Positions 1-11,300 of a DNA stretch of 64,000 bases are shown piece by piece. The number at the start of each line of letters is the position of its first letter. Positions within the stretch are counted from its first letter, which is position 1. The position numbers and the translations under genes were made by a program. Source of the stretch: an uncultured Armatimonadetes bacterium (GTDB lineage Bacteria > Armatimonadota > UBA5829 > DTJY01); the NCBI GenBank assembly GCA_963717145.1, contig OY970325.1:2848001-2912000 (forward strand). The letters run 5' to 3'. The notes beneath the pieces were generated by a model that was not told where the DNA came from, did no database searches, and worked only from the letters and a program-made list of their open reading frames with translations.

Positions 1-1
1 C

Positions 2-349
2 GAGTACTCCCCTGGGCGGTATGTCCTGCTGCACCACAACAACGATGGCCGTGTTCGACGGGCACACCCGGAGGAGACGCATTTCAACCGTCATCCTGCG
101 TTCATCGCACTCGGCGAGTTCCGGCCTGACGCCGAACAGCCGATCTGGTTCAGCGAGTCGAGGCAGTTCATGGACAACGACGGTCAGGAGATAGGTCCGC
201 TGAAGCGGCTCGACATCGGGGTCTATCCGAGCGTGACGAACCGCAAGGGCAACTTCATCCTATGTCACCCCGACCGCAAATTCTTCCTGCTCGGCAAGCG
301 GATCACAGAGGAATGGCTTTCGTCACTCTCCCACGTGGATAGCAAATAG
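2..349 (+). CDS. 3' end of a gene entering from the left; possibly sialidase/BNR-like protein
   Basis: Frame 2 is open from the window edge (EYSPGRYVLLHHNNDG...HPDRKFFLLGKRITEEWL...) to TAG at 347-349; family guess from recalled C-terminal motif only. Confidence 0.55.
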   Translation, partial: EYSPGRYVLLHHNNDGRVRRAHPEETHFNRHPAFIALGEFRPDAEQPIWFSESRQFMDNDGQEIGPLKRLDIGVYPSVTNRKGNFILCHPDRKFFLLGKRITEEWLSSLSHVDSK

Positions 350-408
350 ATCACCGGCGGATTCATCCCGAAAACCTGGTAATTATACCTGATTTTCGTG
401 ACAACACG

Positions 409-437
409 TTGACAAAGGGTTCACAACGCGTTACATT
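409..437 (+). promoter_or_regulatory. sigma70-type promoter
   Basis: TTGACA-N17-TACATT about 100 bp upstream of the S8 gene. Confidence 0.6.
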
Positions 438-533
438 TGGGAAAGTATTGTCGTGCCCTCGCCAAAATTCTTAAGCACGCCGATTGCCCGGTAGTTCAAG
501 GTTCGGTTGGCTGGGTAGAGACGAGAGTGCAGA

Positions 534-3035
534 TTGAATCGCCGTAGTCTAATATTCCTGACGATCTTTGCCCTTCTTTCGATCACGGCTGCCTCATCAT
601 CCATGAGTGGAGCCGTTCCTGCACCCGGCGCCCACGCCCGAATTGCTCCCATGCTCCTGTCACTCGCCGCGATGTCCGCTTCCGACCGATCAGCAATGGC
701 CGGTACGTTCGGCGTGACGTCCTCCGGAACTGGGGACGAACTGGCGGTCATCATCGACTACTCCGGCGATCTGGGCGACCTCAAAGCATTGGGCGTCAAG
801 GTGAGGACTCAGCTCGGCGGCATCATCACGGCGGACATCCCTGCCGATTCCGTCAGTCTGATCGCGAGCCTCCCCGGCCTGGAGTACATACAGCCCGCAG
901 AGCAGTTGTACCCGATGCTCGATCAGAGCGTTCCGGACACCCACGCCACCAATGTCCGGTCAGGCGTGCCCCCGAACTGGACCGGCTATACGGGCAAGGG
1001 TGTGATCATCGGCATGGTCGATACCGGGGTGGACGTCAATCATCAGGATCTGAGGGACGCCGAGGGCAACTCGCGCATACTCTTCATCTGGGACCAGACG
1101 ACTGGAGCCGGCGGGGCTAATCATCCTTCGACGTACACTTATGGCACGGAATGGACCAAGGCTGAGATCGATGCCGGCCAGTGCACTGAGCGCGACACCA
1201 ATGGCCATGGGACGTCGGTGATCACCACCGCCGCCGGCGGTGGATCAGCAACGGGGAACGGATGGCCCGCATACCGCTATGTCGGCATGGCTCCGGAGGC
1301 GGATATCATCGTAGTCAAGGGCACCTTCCTGGACGACACGATCATCGATGGGATGAACTACATCAAGAACAAGGCTACAGCGCTCGGCAAGCCCTGTGTG
1401 ATCAATCTCAGCATCGGCACTCAGATGAGCGCGCACGACGGCACCGCCGCTATCGAGCGGGCCATAGATCAGATCTCAGGACAGGGGGTAGTCGTCTGTA
1501 CTGCGAGCGGGAACAGCGGCACCACTGACCCTGCCCGCTACGTCCACGCCCAGTGGAGCACCCCATCCCGCGACTCACAGGTCACCGCCGGAATCAATGT
1601 GACGGCAACCCGAGCCAGCCCTTTCTACATCGATCTGTGGTACCAGGGTCAGGACTCGATCGACATCACGGTGACAACGCCGAATGGTTACAGCGTCACG
1701 AAAGCAACCGGCGACAGCACCACCGGCTACTTCTCGACCGCCGACGGGGGTATCCAGATCGAGAACGCGCCTGGGAGCGGCACGAACCCCTACAACGGTG
1801 ACCACGAATGCATGATCTTTATTCAGGATGCTCTGGCGGGCGCGTGGAGTCTCACCGCAACCGGAAAAACCATCCGCGAGGGCGGGACCTGCGACGCCTG
1901 GCTCGAATCCGGCCACAACGTCTTCTGGTCCACCTATGGTACCAACACAATGTCATGCACGATCCCAGGGACCTCAAACGCCGTGATCACCACTGGTGGC
2001 TACCAGACGAGATCGTGGTGGACGAACCCTGACGGAACGGTGCAGGGCTGGTCGAGTCCGTTCGGGTCATTCCATTCGCTGAGCGGCGAAGGTCCGACTC
2101 GCGACGGAAGGCAGAAGCCTGATCTCTGTTCGCCAAGTTCCAGGATCGTGAGCGGCCGCTCGGCGAATTCCAACCCAACTCCAACCAATATTGCAGAAGA
2201 CGGAGTGCATGTGGTGCTGAGTGGAACGAGTGTGGCGGTCCCGCATCTGAGTGGAGCCGCAGCTCTTCTTCTCCAGAGAGATCCTACGGCGACCGCCTCT
2301 GAGATCAAGAGCTACCTGATGTCCACCGCCAGATCCGACGCCTTCACCGGCGCAGTCCCCAACACGAAATGGGGAGTCGGCAAGCCCGACGTCCAAGCCG
2401 CGATGGGCGTTACGCCCATGTACACCGAGATCCCCACAGCCCGTTTGCAGGCGGATGGCACACCAGTGAAGCTCCCGAGCCAGGTCGTCACTGCCGGCCT
2501 CAACCAGTTGACCGACAGATTCTACATAGAGAGCGCCGACCGGTGCGCGGGAATCCAAGTGCGCACCGGCACAGGGACCGGCATTCAGGCAGCGGAAGGC
2601 GGCAAGGTCACAGTCAAGGGGATACTCGGAGTGGCGGATGGAGAACGCGCGGTACTCAGCCCTATCGTGACCCCCGCAGGTAACGGGACGGTTCCTCGAC
2701 CGCTCGGAATGGCGGGCCGCGCCATCGGCGGCGAGTTGCTCGGCAGTTACATCCCGGGGGTCAGCGATGCCACCGGGCTCAACAACATCGGTCTGCTTGT
2801 GACCGTATCGGGCAAGGTGACCTACGTAGGCAGCGATCACTTTTATGTCGACGACGGCACGGGGCTGGCATACACTCCCGGTCGCACCGGGCTCAAAGTG
2901 TTCTGTGGCAGTCTGAGCAAGCCTGTTTTCAACCATTCAGTGGTGATCACCGGCATCAGTACTCTCTCATGGGACGGTTCGACAGCGAGACCGGTCGTGC
3001 GCGCGCGGAAGCAGTCCGATCTGAAGTACTACTAG
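534..3035 (+). CDS. secreted subtilisin-family (S8) serine protease with inserted beta domain and C-terminal shared module
   Basis: Signal peptide; triad motifs VDTG, HGT, SGTSVAVPH; oxyanion ASGNSG; last ~200 aa shared with two neighbouring proteins. Confidence 0.9.
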   Translation: MNRRSLIFLTIFALLSITAASSSMSGAVPAPGAHARIAPMLLSLAAMSASDRSAMAGTFGVTSSGTGDELAVIIDYSGDLGDLKALGVKVRTQLGGIITADIPADSVSLIASLPGLEYIQPAEQLYPMLDQSVPDTHATNVRSGVPPNWTGYTGKGVIIGMVDTGVDVNHQDLRDAEGNSRILFIWDQTTGAGGANHPSTYTYGTEWTKAEIDAGQCTERDTNGHGTSVITTAAGGGSATGNGWPAYRYVGMAPEADIIVVKGTFLDDTIIDGMNYIKNKATALGKPCVINLSIGTQMSAHDGTAAIERAIDQISGQGVVVCTASGNSGTTDPARYVHAQWSTPSRDSQVTAGINVTATRASPFYIDLWYQGQDSIDITVTTPNGYSVTKATGDSTTGYFSTADGGIQIENAPGSGTNPYNGDHECMIFIQDALAGAWSLTATGKTIREGGTCDAWLESGHNVFWSTYGTNTMSCTIPGTSNAVITTGGYQTRSWWTNPDGTVQGWSSPFGSFHSLSGEGPTRDGRQKPDLCSPSSRIVSGRSANSNPTPTNIAEDGVHVVLSGTSVAVPHLSGAAALLLQRDPTATASEIKSYLMSTARSDAFTGAVPNTKWGVGKPDVQAAMGVTPMYTEIPTARLQADGTPVKLPSQVVTAGLNQLTDRFYIESADRCAGIQVRTGTGTGIQAAEGGKVTVKGILGVADGERAVLSPIVTPAGNGTVPRPLGMAGRAIGGELLGSYIPGVSDATGLNNIGLLVTVSGKVTYVGSDHFYVDDGTGLAYTPGRTGLKVFCGSLSKPVFNHSVVITGISTLSWDGSTARPVVRARKQSDLKYY

Positions 3036-3068
3036 GAGGGCTTGTAGCCGCAGGCTTTATGTCTGCGG

Positions 3069-4532
3069 CTAAGCTTGTCCGATCCCGTACAGCTTCGTGC
3101 TTCGGCTCCTCAGCAGCAGCTTGATCCTCCTCCCGACCAGCGCAGACAGATCGCTGTGCCCATTCCATCTCAGAACACAGCACGTGTCGTTGCCCTGGAT
3201 CCGGTCTGAGTCCTCAAGTGTGTAGCCGGGAATCGGTGAGCCATCTTCCGTGAGAAGCGCCGCATGGGCGACGCCGCTCGCCGAGGTGTCGATATTGAGC
3301 GACAGGTTTGCGTCATTCAGGCTGAAGGGCTTGGTGGTAAGTGAGCCGCCGGTATAGGCGCTGTCCGCGGAGACGAAGCCGTCGACCCGCTGCTCCAACC
3401 GGTGTATGATAGGGTCGCCGACCGTGATGGGCCGATCGATCCTCGTATCGGCGGCAACTCTTCCCTCACCATGGCCGTGCCTTCCGCCGATGTGGTACTG
3501 GCTGAGCCGATCGCCGTGAGGCGCCATGCCGACCAACATGTGCATCATCTTCGTGCATGGTCCGTCGGGCAGATCGAGTCGCACATAGGAGCCCCTGAAG
3601 TCCCTCTGCCAGGTGATTCCTTCACTGCTGGTGGCGAACTGCAGATCGAGGATGCCGTCGTTTATGAACCCCTCCGGAGCCCAGGGATGATGGTAGTATA
3701 GGGAAGGGAACGCCAGATAGACATCGGGCAGATACTGCACTCCGACCAACTGGTAGATGTCGGCCTCGGGCGGATCGAGATCGTCCGGTCCCAGCACGGT
3801 AGGCAGTTCCTTGTTGACTCTGCGCATGTCATGATGACCGAGTCCCTCCCACTTCTTCGAGAGCGGCCAGGGGTCGGGAGCGTTCTCATCGAACGGAATC
3901 GGGGAGAACAGATCGTCGGTCTCGATGCGTAAGACGGTCCTGCTGCCGGCCATGGGAGGAATCGGGCGCGATCTATCCCACCCTCGGGAGTAGATCACAT
4001 ACTTGCCGATGCGTTCGTCGTAGAAGGAGGTGTTGTGGTTGTCGAGTATGAAGGAAAGGAGGTTTCCCGGGTGGCGTCTGAAGCTCAGGCCGTCCGGTGA
4101 GGTCATGACGTACATGCCTCCCTCGTACTGGCTGTGGCCAATCAGCTTGAAGCGCTGGTCTTCGGGCGCACTCGGGTCGACGAACACACACCCCTCATTC
4201 TGATTGCATCCTTCGATACTGACGAGGTTGTTGGCCGTCGAACCGTTGAACTCAACGAGTCCGAGATCGGGCCGGTCCCATGAAATACCGTCCCTGCTGA
4301 AGGCCACCGCCAGGCACTTCACGGCCTCCTCCAGAGTGATCTGGTAGTAGAACCGGAAGACGCCTTCCCACTCGACGACACAGAGACCGCGAGCGCCCTC
4401 CATCTCCCATTCCTTCTCGATGAAGAGGCACGGCCCGCATTTCACGGCGGGATTCATGGACAGCGATACGTTCTCGCTGGATTCTATGTGCCTGTGGTCG
4501 ATGAACAGCAGTCGTCCGTCGTTGTAGAGCAT
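3069..4532 (-). CDS. putative beta-propeller glycoside hydrolase (GH32/43-like)
   Basis: ATG at 4532 after AGGAG; LLFID N-terminus, Asp-box-like SRDGISW and SSEGITW, C-terminal DGFVS...G.LTTKP sandwich. Confidence 0.65.
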   Translation of the reverse strand: MLYNDGRLLFIDHRHIESSENVSLSMNPAVKCGPCLFIEKEWEMEGARGLCVVEWEGVFRFYYQITLEEAVKCLAVAFSRDGISWDRPDLGLVEFNGSTANNLVSIEGCNQNEGCVFVDPSAPEDQRFKLIGHSQYEGGMYVMTSPDGLSFRRHPGNLLSFILDNHNTSFYDERIGKYVIYSRGWDRSRPIPPMAGSRTVLRIETDDLFSPIPFDENAPDPWPLSKKWEGLGHHDMRRVNKELPTVLGPDDLDPPEADIYQLVGVQYLPDVYLAFPSLYYHHPWAPEGFINDGILDLQFATSSEGITWQRDFRGSYVRLDLPDGPCTKMMHMLVGMAPHGDRLSQYHIGGRHGHGEGRVAADTRIDRPITVGDPIIHRLEQRVDGFVSADSAYTGGSLTTKPFSLNDANLSLNIDTSASGVAHAALLTEDGSPIPGYTLEDSDRIQGNDTCCVLRWNGHSDLSALVGRRIKLLLRSRSTKLYGIGQA

Positions 4533-4539
4533 GATGCTC

Positions 4540-6030
4540 CTAGCGCAGGTATTCCACGATATCCGACTGGCTGCGCGGTCGGAGAGCAGGTATGATGTTC
4601 GTGCCGGAGGTCCTGCTCGAGGCGATGCCGGCGACAGTGACAGCGGAGTTGTACGCAGGCAACGTGAGGTTGTTCCCGATCGGGCGACCCCCACAATAGA
4701 CCTGCACTCCCACCTGCCCTGATCCGTCTCTCAGTTGGCACCCGTCGTCCACGTAGAACAGCTTCGTCGTCGTGTTGACATAAGTCACGATGCCGCAGAC
4801 CCGCACCACCAAACCGGTATTGTTAAGAGAAAGGTTGCCTGTGACACCCGGCGTATAGGCATTCAGCGACCCGCCCGACACATTCCTGGTCAGCATACTC
4901 AGCGGCCCGGGAACGGGATACGGGAGGGCAGCCGGAGTCACCGTCGGGAGGTTGATCACGCGTTCTCCATTCGATGTGCCGAGAGTCCCCTCGACCAGCA
5001 CGCCGGTCCCATCATTGGCCGAGATTCCCGATCCATACACCTTGATGGCCGAAGACCGGTTCTCCTCTTCGATGTATATCGTCGAGGCGAACTGGTTGGT
5101 ACCGGCGGTGACCGTCTTGGCGGTCAGTGACACTGGCGAGGTGTCTGGAAGCTGCTTGATAGCCGCGATGGACGTGTCCTGCTGTGGGACCGAATAAGAC
5201 CAGCTATCGATCACCGCACCGGTGTCATCTTTGGCCGTGCAGGACACGTTCAGCCCGTTGATGTCTACCACCACGTAGTGATACTTGGAGATCGCCCCTG
5301 CTGCAGTATAGAGCGGCGCCCCGCAGGTCCCGTTGATCACCTGGTAGATGCTCCCGTGGAGAGCCCTCGCGTAGAAGTGCTCGTGCCCACAGAAGAATAT
5401 GCGCGCCCCTGCGTTGGTCATGATGTTCCACAGATCATCCCGCTCAGTCGGGTACACATCGAGCGAGCTGCCTATGTGCGACCCGATGGGGTACGCCGGC
5501 TCATGAGCCATGACGAACTTGTGCGGCTTGGTGGCGCTCGCCAGGTCCGTGGTGAGCCAGGACCTCTGAACGTGGTGATACTGACCATGGTGGTTGCTGT
5601 CCAGAGCCACGAAATGAGCATTCTCATGGTCGAACGAGAACACCGTTTCCTCGTAGCCGGCGGGGCCGTTGAGAGGCATGCTGACCTTCGACCGGATCAC
5701 ATTCGCCGAAGTCGCCGTCGCGATCTCGTGGTTGCCCACGGTATAGTACCACGGGCAGTTGAGGGTGTTGATGACTCCCAGCCAGGTGTCCATCTGGGAA
5801 CCGAGAGTGGTGTCGCTGCTCGAACCATTCACCGCATCGCCCTGGAAGATGACGAGGTCAACGTTCTCAAGGTTGATGAGGTTGACAATGGTAGTAAACT
5901 TCGCGGTGTTGACTCCATTAGTGCTTCCACGGCTGTCCGCTATCGAAACGAACTTCCATGCAAACGCCGGTGAAATGGAGATCACCAGTAGAATGACGAT
6001 ACAGAGAATCGAATTCGCTCTACGGATCAA
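4540..6030 (-). CDS. secreted calcineurin-like metallophosphoesterase with C-terminal shared module
   Basis: Signal peptide; ADSR, GDAV, GNHE, AHEP and GHEH motifs. Confidence 0.85.
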   Translation of the reverse strand: MIRRANSILCIVILLVISISPAFAWKFVSIADSRGSTNGVNTAKFTTIVNLINLENVDLVIFQGDAVNGSSSDTTLGSQMDTWLGVINTLNCPWYYTVGNHEIATATSANVIRSKVSMPLNGPAGYEETVFSFDHENAHFVALDSNHHGQYHHVQRSWLTTDLASATKPHKFVMAHEPAYPIGSHIGSSLDVYPTERDDLWNIMTNAGARIFFCGHEHFYARALHGSIYQVINGTCGAPLYTAAGAISKYHYVVVDINGLNVSCTAKDDTGAVIDSWSYSVPQQDTSIAAIKQLPDTSPVSLTAKTVTAGTNQFASTIYIEEENRSSAIKVYGSGISANDGTGVLVEGTLGTSNGERVINLPTVTPAALPYPVPGPLSMLTRNVSGGSLNAYTPGVTGNLSLNNTGLVVRVCGIVTYVNTTTKLFYVDDGCQLRDGSGQVGVQVYCGGRPIGNNLTLPAYNSAVTVAGIASSRTSGTNIIPALRPRSQSDIVEYLR

Positions 6031-6133
6031 GATGCACTTCCTTTCCCATTGAGCGCGATAGCAGTAGCCATCAGATCGCGCATGTCTGTCTTCGGCACGG
6101 GATGGCGGTGTTTCGCAGCAAAAACTTCGTGGA

Positions 6134-6625
6134 TTACTTCATCTGCCTGGCGAGCATATAGGACACTTTTCGGTAGATCTTCTGAACGTCCTCATAGTCG
6201 AGGCCATACTCATCCGCCACGGCTCTGAAGGCCTGGGTTCCAGCGCCAATGGATTCAACATCGACTATATCCCTCTGAACGTCAACGCTCTGGTCGCGCT
6301 GCTCCGACCGCATCGTCTGGACGACGGCGGCGAAGATCTTTCTTTCGAATGGGAGTACCTCTTCCGAAAGGTAGTTGTTACGCGAATCGATCCGCACATC
6401 GTACATTTCTCCCGTCGGTTTCGGCGGGAAGAGCCGTCCTCGCAAGTGGAACTTGGCCGCCCCCGCGAGTGCCGAGGCCAGGAATGCGATCAGCAGGACT
6501 GAGACTAACGCCTTGATTCGCAAGGTGCGCGGTGATTTCCACAACAGAATCAAACCGAGCGGAGGCACGATCACCAGCGACGGAATGATCAGCCGGAAGC
6601 TATACCATGGTTGTCTCTTCTTCAT
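6134..6625 (-). CDS. hypothetical membrane protein
   Basis: 163 aa with two N-terminal hydrophobic segments; extended -10 TGATATAAT at 6676-6684 on minus strand. Confidence 0.65.
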   Translation of the reverse strand: MKKRQPWYSFRLIIPSLVIVPPLGLILLWKSPRTLRIKALVSVLLIAFLASALAGAAKFHLRGRLFPPKPTGEMYDVRIDSRNNYLSEEVLPFERKIFAAVVQTMRSEQRDQSVDVQRDIVDVESIGAGTQAFRAVADEYGLDYEDVQKIYRKVSYMLARQMK

Positions 6626-6771
6626 CGAATGCTCGCTCCCAGTGAAATGCTGAGTTGCCGTTTCACCAGTTCTTCATTATATCATATCTGGAGGTAACTC
6701 GGCAAGAAAAAGGAACGCAGACACAACGCAACCGCTATGCTTCGGGCCGCCGGGCATAGTATAATGCACCC

Positions 6772-8214
6772 ATGTCCACGGAAGAAAAGCAGAGCGATAC
6801 GGAGTGCCCCTCGGCCAAACACGGGCGCGACCTGACCACAGGGAGCATTCCACGTCACCTGATCGCATTCTCGATCCCGATGCTGATCGGCAGCGGCCTG
6901 CACACTCTCTACAGTATCGTCAACGCAATCTGGGTCGGCAAGGGACTGGGCAAGACCGAGTTAGCGGCGGTCACTGTGAGCTTCCCCGTCTTCTTCTTCC
7001 TCATGGCGGTGGCGGGCGGACTCACTATGGCGGCGAATATCCTGGCGGCGCAGAGCTGTGGTGCGAAGGACTTCGATCAGCTCAAGCGAGTCGTGCGCAA
7101 CTCGGTGGTGCTGACGATCACGGTAAGCCTCGCGTGCGTGGTCTTCGGGCATTTCTCGGCAACCGGCATCCTGAAGCTGATGGATACTTCGCCGGAGGTC
7201 CTTCCGATGGCGGCGCGATACCTGCAGATATTCCTTCTCTCGATGCCTTTCATGTTCGGCATGTTCCTGATGGCATCTCTCCTACGCGGAACCGGCGACT
7301 CGAAGACCCCACTCTACTTCCAGGGAGCCGGCGTCATCGTGACCGCCATCCTCGACCCGCTGCTGATGTTCGGCTGGCTCGGATTCCCCAGGATGGGGCT
7401 GAATGGTACCGCGGTCGCGACGGTGATCGGCAACTCCGGCGCGCTGATCGCGGTCCTGATCTACCTCCAGAGAAAACGCAATCTTGTCACACCGGACTGG
7501 CGGCATCTCGGCATCGATTGGGACATGAGCTGGCTGACCCTCAAGATCGGCATCCCATCGATGGCTCAGCAGGCGCTCGTCTCGATCGGGATGGTCGTCA
7601 TGGTCAAGCTGATCAACGCCTACGGGGAGAACGGAACGGCGGCGTTCGGGGCGGCGATGCGGATCGATCAGATCGCCTTCATGCCGGCGATGACGATCGG
7701 CATGGCGGTCTCGACTCTCGCCGGGCAGAACATCGGCGCGGGGCGGTTCCACCGGGTAAACGAGACTCTCAAGTGGGGGATGATCAGCGGCGGGGGCATA
7801 ACGCTCCTCATATCGGCGTTCGTCGTCGCGTTTCCGGCGTTCCTGCTGAAGATGTTTCTGAATGACCCGAAGGTGATCGCGCTGGGGGTCTCGTACCTGC
7901 ACATCGTCGGCGCGGCATACGTGATGTTCGCGGTGATGTTCGTATCGAACGGCGTCATCAACGGCGCGGGGCACACTCTCGTCACCACGCTCATCACGCT
8001 GCTCGCACTCTGGGGCGTGCGCGTCCCTCTGGCATACTATCTTTCGACGACCACGCACCACATCGAGGGAGTCTGGTGGGGCATGGTGTCGGGATTCAGC
8101 CTCGGCGCGCTGATGAGCCTCGCATACTACCTCTCGGGGCGCTGGAAAAAGCCGATCATCCGGAAGACGCCGGTCGTCCCGGTCGATCCCGAGATCGTGC
8201 CGGCCGCGGAATAG
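6772..8214 (+). CDS. MATE family efflux transporter
   Basis: DLTTGSI...FSIP start, LRGTGDSKTPL, LDPLLMFG, GQNIGAG; about 12 TM segments. Confidence 0.92.
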   Translation: MSTEEKQSDTECPSAKHGRDLTTGSIPRHLIAFSIPMLIGSGLHTLYSIVNAIWVGKGLGKTELAAVTVSFPVFFFLMAVAGGLTMAANILAAQSCGAKDFDQLKRVVRNSVVLTITVSLACVVFGHFSATGILKLMDTSPEVLPMAARYLQIFLLSMPFMFGMFLMASLLRGTGDSKTPLYFQGAGVIVTAILDPLLMFGWLGFPRMGLNGTAVATVIGNSGALIAVLIYLQRKRNLVTPDWRHLGIDWDMSWLTLKIGIPSMAQQALVSIGMVVMVKLINAYGENGTAAFGAAMRIDQIAFMPAMTIGMAVSTLAGQNIGAGRFHRVNETLKWGMISGGGITLLISAFVVAFPAFLLKMFLNDPKVIALGVSYLHIVGAAYVMFAVMFVSNGVINGAGHTLVTTLITLLALWGVRVPLAYYLSTTTHHIEGVWWGMVSGFSLGALMSLAYYLSGRWKKPIIRKTPVVPVDPEIVPAAE

Positions 8215-8234
8215 CCGGAGTCCCGACACGAGTG

Positions 8235-8243
8235 TGGTATAAT
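8235..8243 (+). promoter_or_regulatory. extended -10 promoter
   Basis: TGGTATAAT about 70 bp before the ATG at 8315. Confidence 0.55.
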
Positions 8244-8314
8244 GGACTGGAGGCGCTGACGAGATTGGCTCACCGGGGCTGCCACTCCGGCTGACCCCTC
8301 ATTCGGGGAATACT

Positions 8315-11300
8315 ATGCGTACTGTCACCTCACGATATCTGGCCGTGGCGATCCTTATAGCACTTCTGTCTTCGTCCGCATTGGCCGCGAGTTTCAGGGT
8401 AGTTGCCCTGCCGGACACACAGAACTACAGCGAGTTCCACCCCGGCATATTCACCGAACAGACGAACTGGGTGAAGGCGAACGTATCCGGCCTGGACATA
8501 GTGTTCGTCACCCACCTCGGCGACATCGTCAATGAAGGCTGGAAAGACGCACAGTGGGACAGCGCCCTCACCGCGATGAATGTGCTGAGGGGATATATGC
8601 CGTTCGGCCTCTGTCCCGGCAATCATGACCTGAGATCGTCGGACCCCGATACGTATGACTCCACCAAGTTCGTCACGAACTTCGGATCGAGCTACTTCAG
8701 CGGTTACAGCTGGTACGGCGGCGACTCGCCGAGCGGCTTCAGCTCGTACCAGATGGTCACGGCCGGCGGATACGACCTTCTGTTCCTGCATATGACTTGT
8801 GACTCCCCGGACAGCGAGATCACGTGGGCCAAGTCGGTCCTCTCCGCCCACAGCGGCATCCCGACCATCGTGACGACGCACGAGTACTTGACCAGCTCAC
8901 AACGCGACCGGTTCAACACGATCCCGGGCGGCAACTCCGGCGAGGCAGTGTGGAACAAGCTGATTCGTCAGTACGATCAGATCTTCGCCGTTCTCTGCGG
9001 ACACGTGTTCAACCCGGACGGCTGGCACAGACAGATCTCGATCAACAACGCCGGCCGCAAGGTCTACGAGATGATGTCGGACTACCAGGACATCGGGAAC
9101 GGGTGGCTGCGGATCCTGCTCTTCGACACCGTGACTGGGAAGCTCAGCGTTACCACGTATTCCACACATCTCGACAGCTACATGAACGACTCCGGGAACA
9201 AGTTTACTTACGATGTCGGTATCGGCGAGCGCTTTGCCACCGACGTCGACACGAAGATCCTGAAGCCTGGGGTGACTTCGGCATTCGCATCCGGCATGGA
9301 TAGCTGGACGAAGATCGGCGATGCGGACTCCACCATGGTTCGCAAGTCCGACGCTGACGGGAACGGCTATCTGCTCCTCACCGACGGAGCAAGTGGGGCC
9401 GCCGACTACTTCGTCGCCCCATCCAAGTTCCGCGGGAACCTGAGCGCCTACGACGCGATAACCTTCGATTGTCGGTCGTTCTCGGGCGACGACCCTGATC
9501 CCACCCACATCCGGCTCTACAGCGGCTCGGAGTACTATCAGTGGACCAACACCGAGATAGTCACCGACAGCGGCCAGTGGGAGCGCCTGACGGCATCGCT
9601 GAAAGACGCTGACCTCTGGACTCCCGGAGGCGGCGCGACGGAAGCCTTCGCCGGCTTCATCACCCACATAACCGCCGTGCAGCTCTGCGCGGATGTCTGC
9701 GGCGGGACCGAGCAGATGGGCTTGGATAGCTTCTCGCTGGCCTCCCACGAGGTGATGACCGGTGCCCTCGCGACCAGCACCTTCGATTCGGGCAGAGACG
9801 GCTGGACGGTCGACGCCGACGGAGACCAGGGGTGGGACAACCACGGCTCGCTCAATGGCACTGACCTAAGCACCGGCGGGACATGGTACTTCTGCGCCCC
9901 GTCCAAGTTCCTCGGAGACAAGTCGCTCTCCTACCGGGGTACGCTCCAGTTCGATCTGAAGCAGGCGGAGGTGGACAGCCCATTCGACCGGGACGAGATC
10001 GACCTCTCGGTCGCCGGACTTACGCTGGCGATGAACTACCCGTCGGCATCACACCCGAACGCAGCATGGACCCACTACACTGTCCCGCTGAACGAGTACG
10101 CCGGCTCGGATCAACCAGTCCACCGGACTCGCACCGACGGCAGGTCAGTTCATGGCAGTGCTCTCCTCGCTGACCAGCCTGCGGATCAGGGGCGAGTACC
10201 GATCAGGGGCGGACAAAGCGTGGCTCGACAACGTGGCCATGACCCTGGCAGAGGCCGTCCCCATAGGAAGCATCGCGGACACCAGGGACCTCGTGGACGG
10301 AATCACCGTCAGCATAAGCAACCCAGCCGTGGCCACGGCCTCATCGAGTACGTTTACGGATGGGAGCTACTACCTCGAGGCGGAGGGCCGAAGCTTCGGG
10401 ATCAAGATAGCGCCCGAGCCCGGTCTTGAGACGGTGGCCGTAGGAGACCTGGTCACGGGAACAGGGATGGTCAGAACCGACTCCAATGGCGAGCGCTACC
10501 TGTCCCTCACATCGGTCAGCCCGACCCCCGGCACGCCCGTGCGCCCACTGCTGCTGACGAACAGGTCGCTGATTGATGGGATCGATCCCACGGGTCTGCT
10601 CGTTACCATCTATGGCTGGATTCTCTACGCAGACCCTGAGCCGTCCGGCCCGCGTTACGTCTATATCGACGACGGGAGCAACGTCGCCCTCGAATCACAG
10701 CCCGGAGTGAAAGTGATCCTCGACGGCCTCGCCTCGCCGATAACCAAGGGGCTTGGATGCGATGCGCTCCTGGTGACCGGCATCATGTCGCTGGCGGAAG
10801 GCGAGAATGGCGTCATCCGAGTGATCCGGCCCAGAGGAAACGCCGACATCATCACGATCGGCGACAGCACCGCCCCATCCGTGCCGACGAACCTCGCAGG
10901 TGTCGCGATCTCGGCGACTCAGGTGAACCTGACTTGGACGGCCTCAACCGACAACGTGGAGGTAACAGGATACCGCATATATCGAGACAGCCTGCCGATC
11001 GGAACGAGTGCCACGACGGCTTACGCCGACGTGACGTGCCAACCGAACACGTCATATCTCTACAAGGTGTCGGCATACGATCTGGAGGGGAGCGAATCCG
11101 CTTTGAGCACGGGGACGACGGTCGCGACCCCGCCCTACGTGGACGTGATCCTCGACAACCCGAGCGCTTCCTTCACCGGCGTGTGGCAACTCGGCACGAC
11201 CGCGACGGGGAAGTACGGGGCCGACTACAACTGGAGTTACTCAGCGGCAACTGAGACCGCCACCGCGACATGGCGGCCCACCATCGGCATTCGTGGGCAC

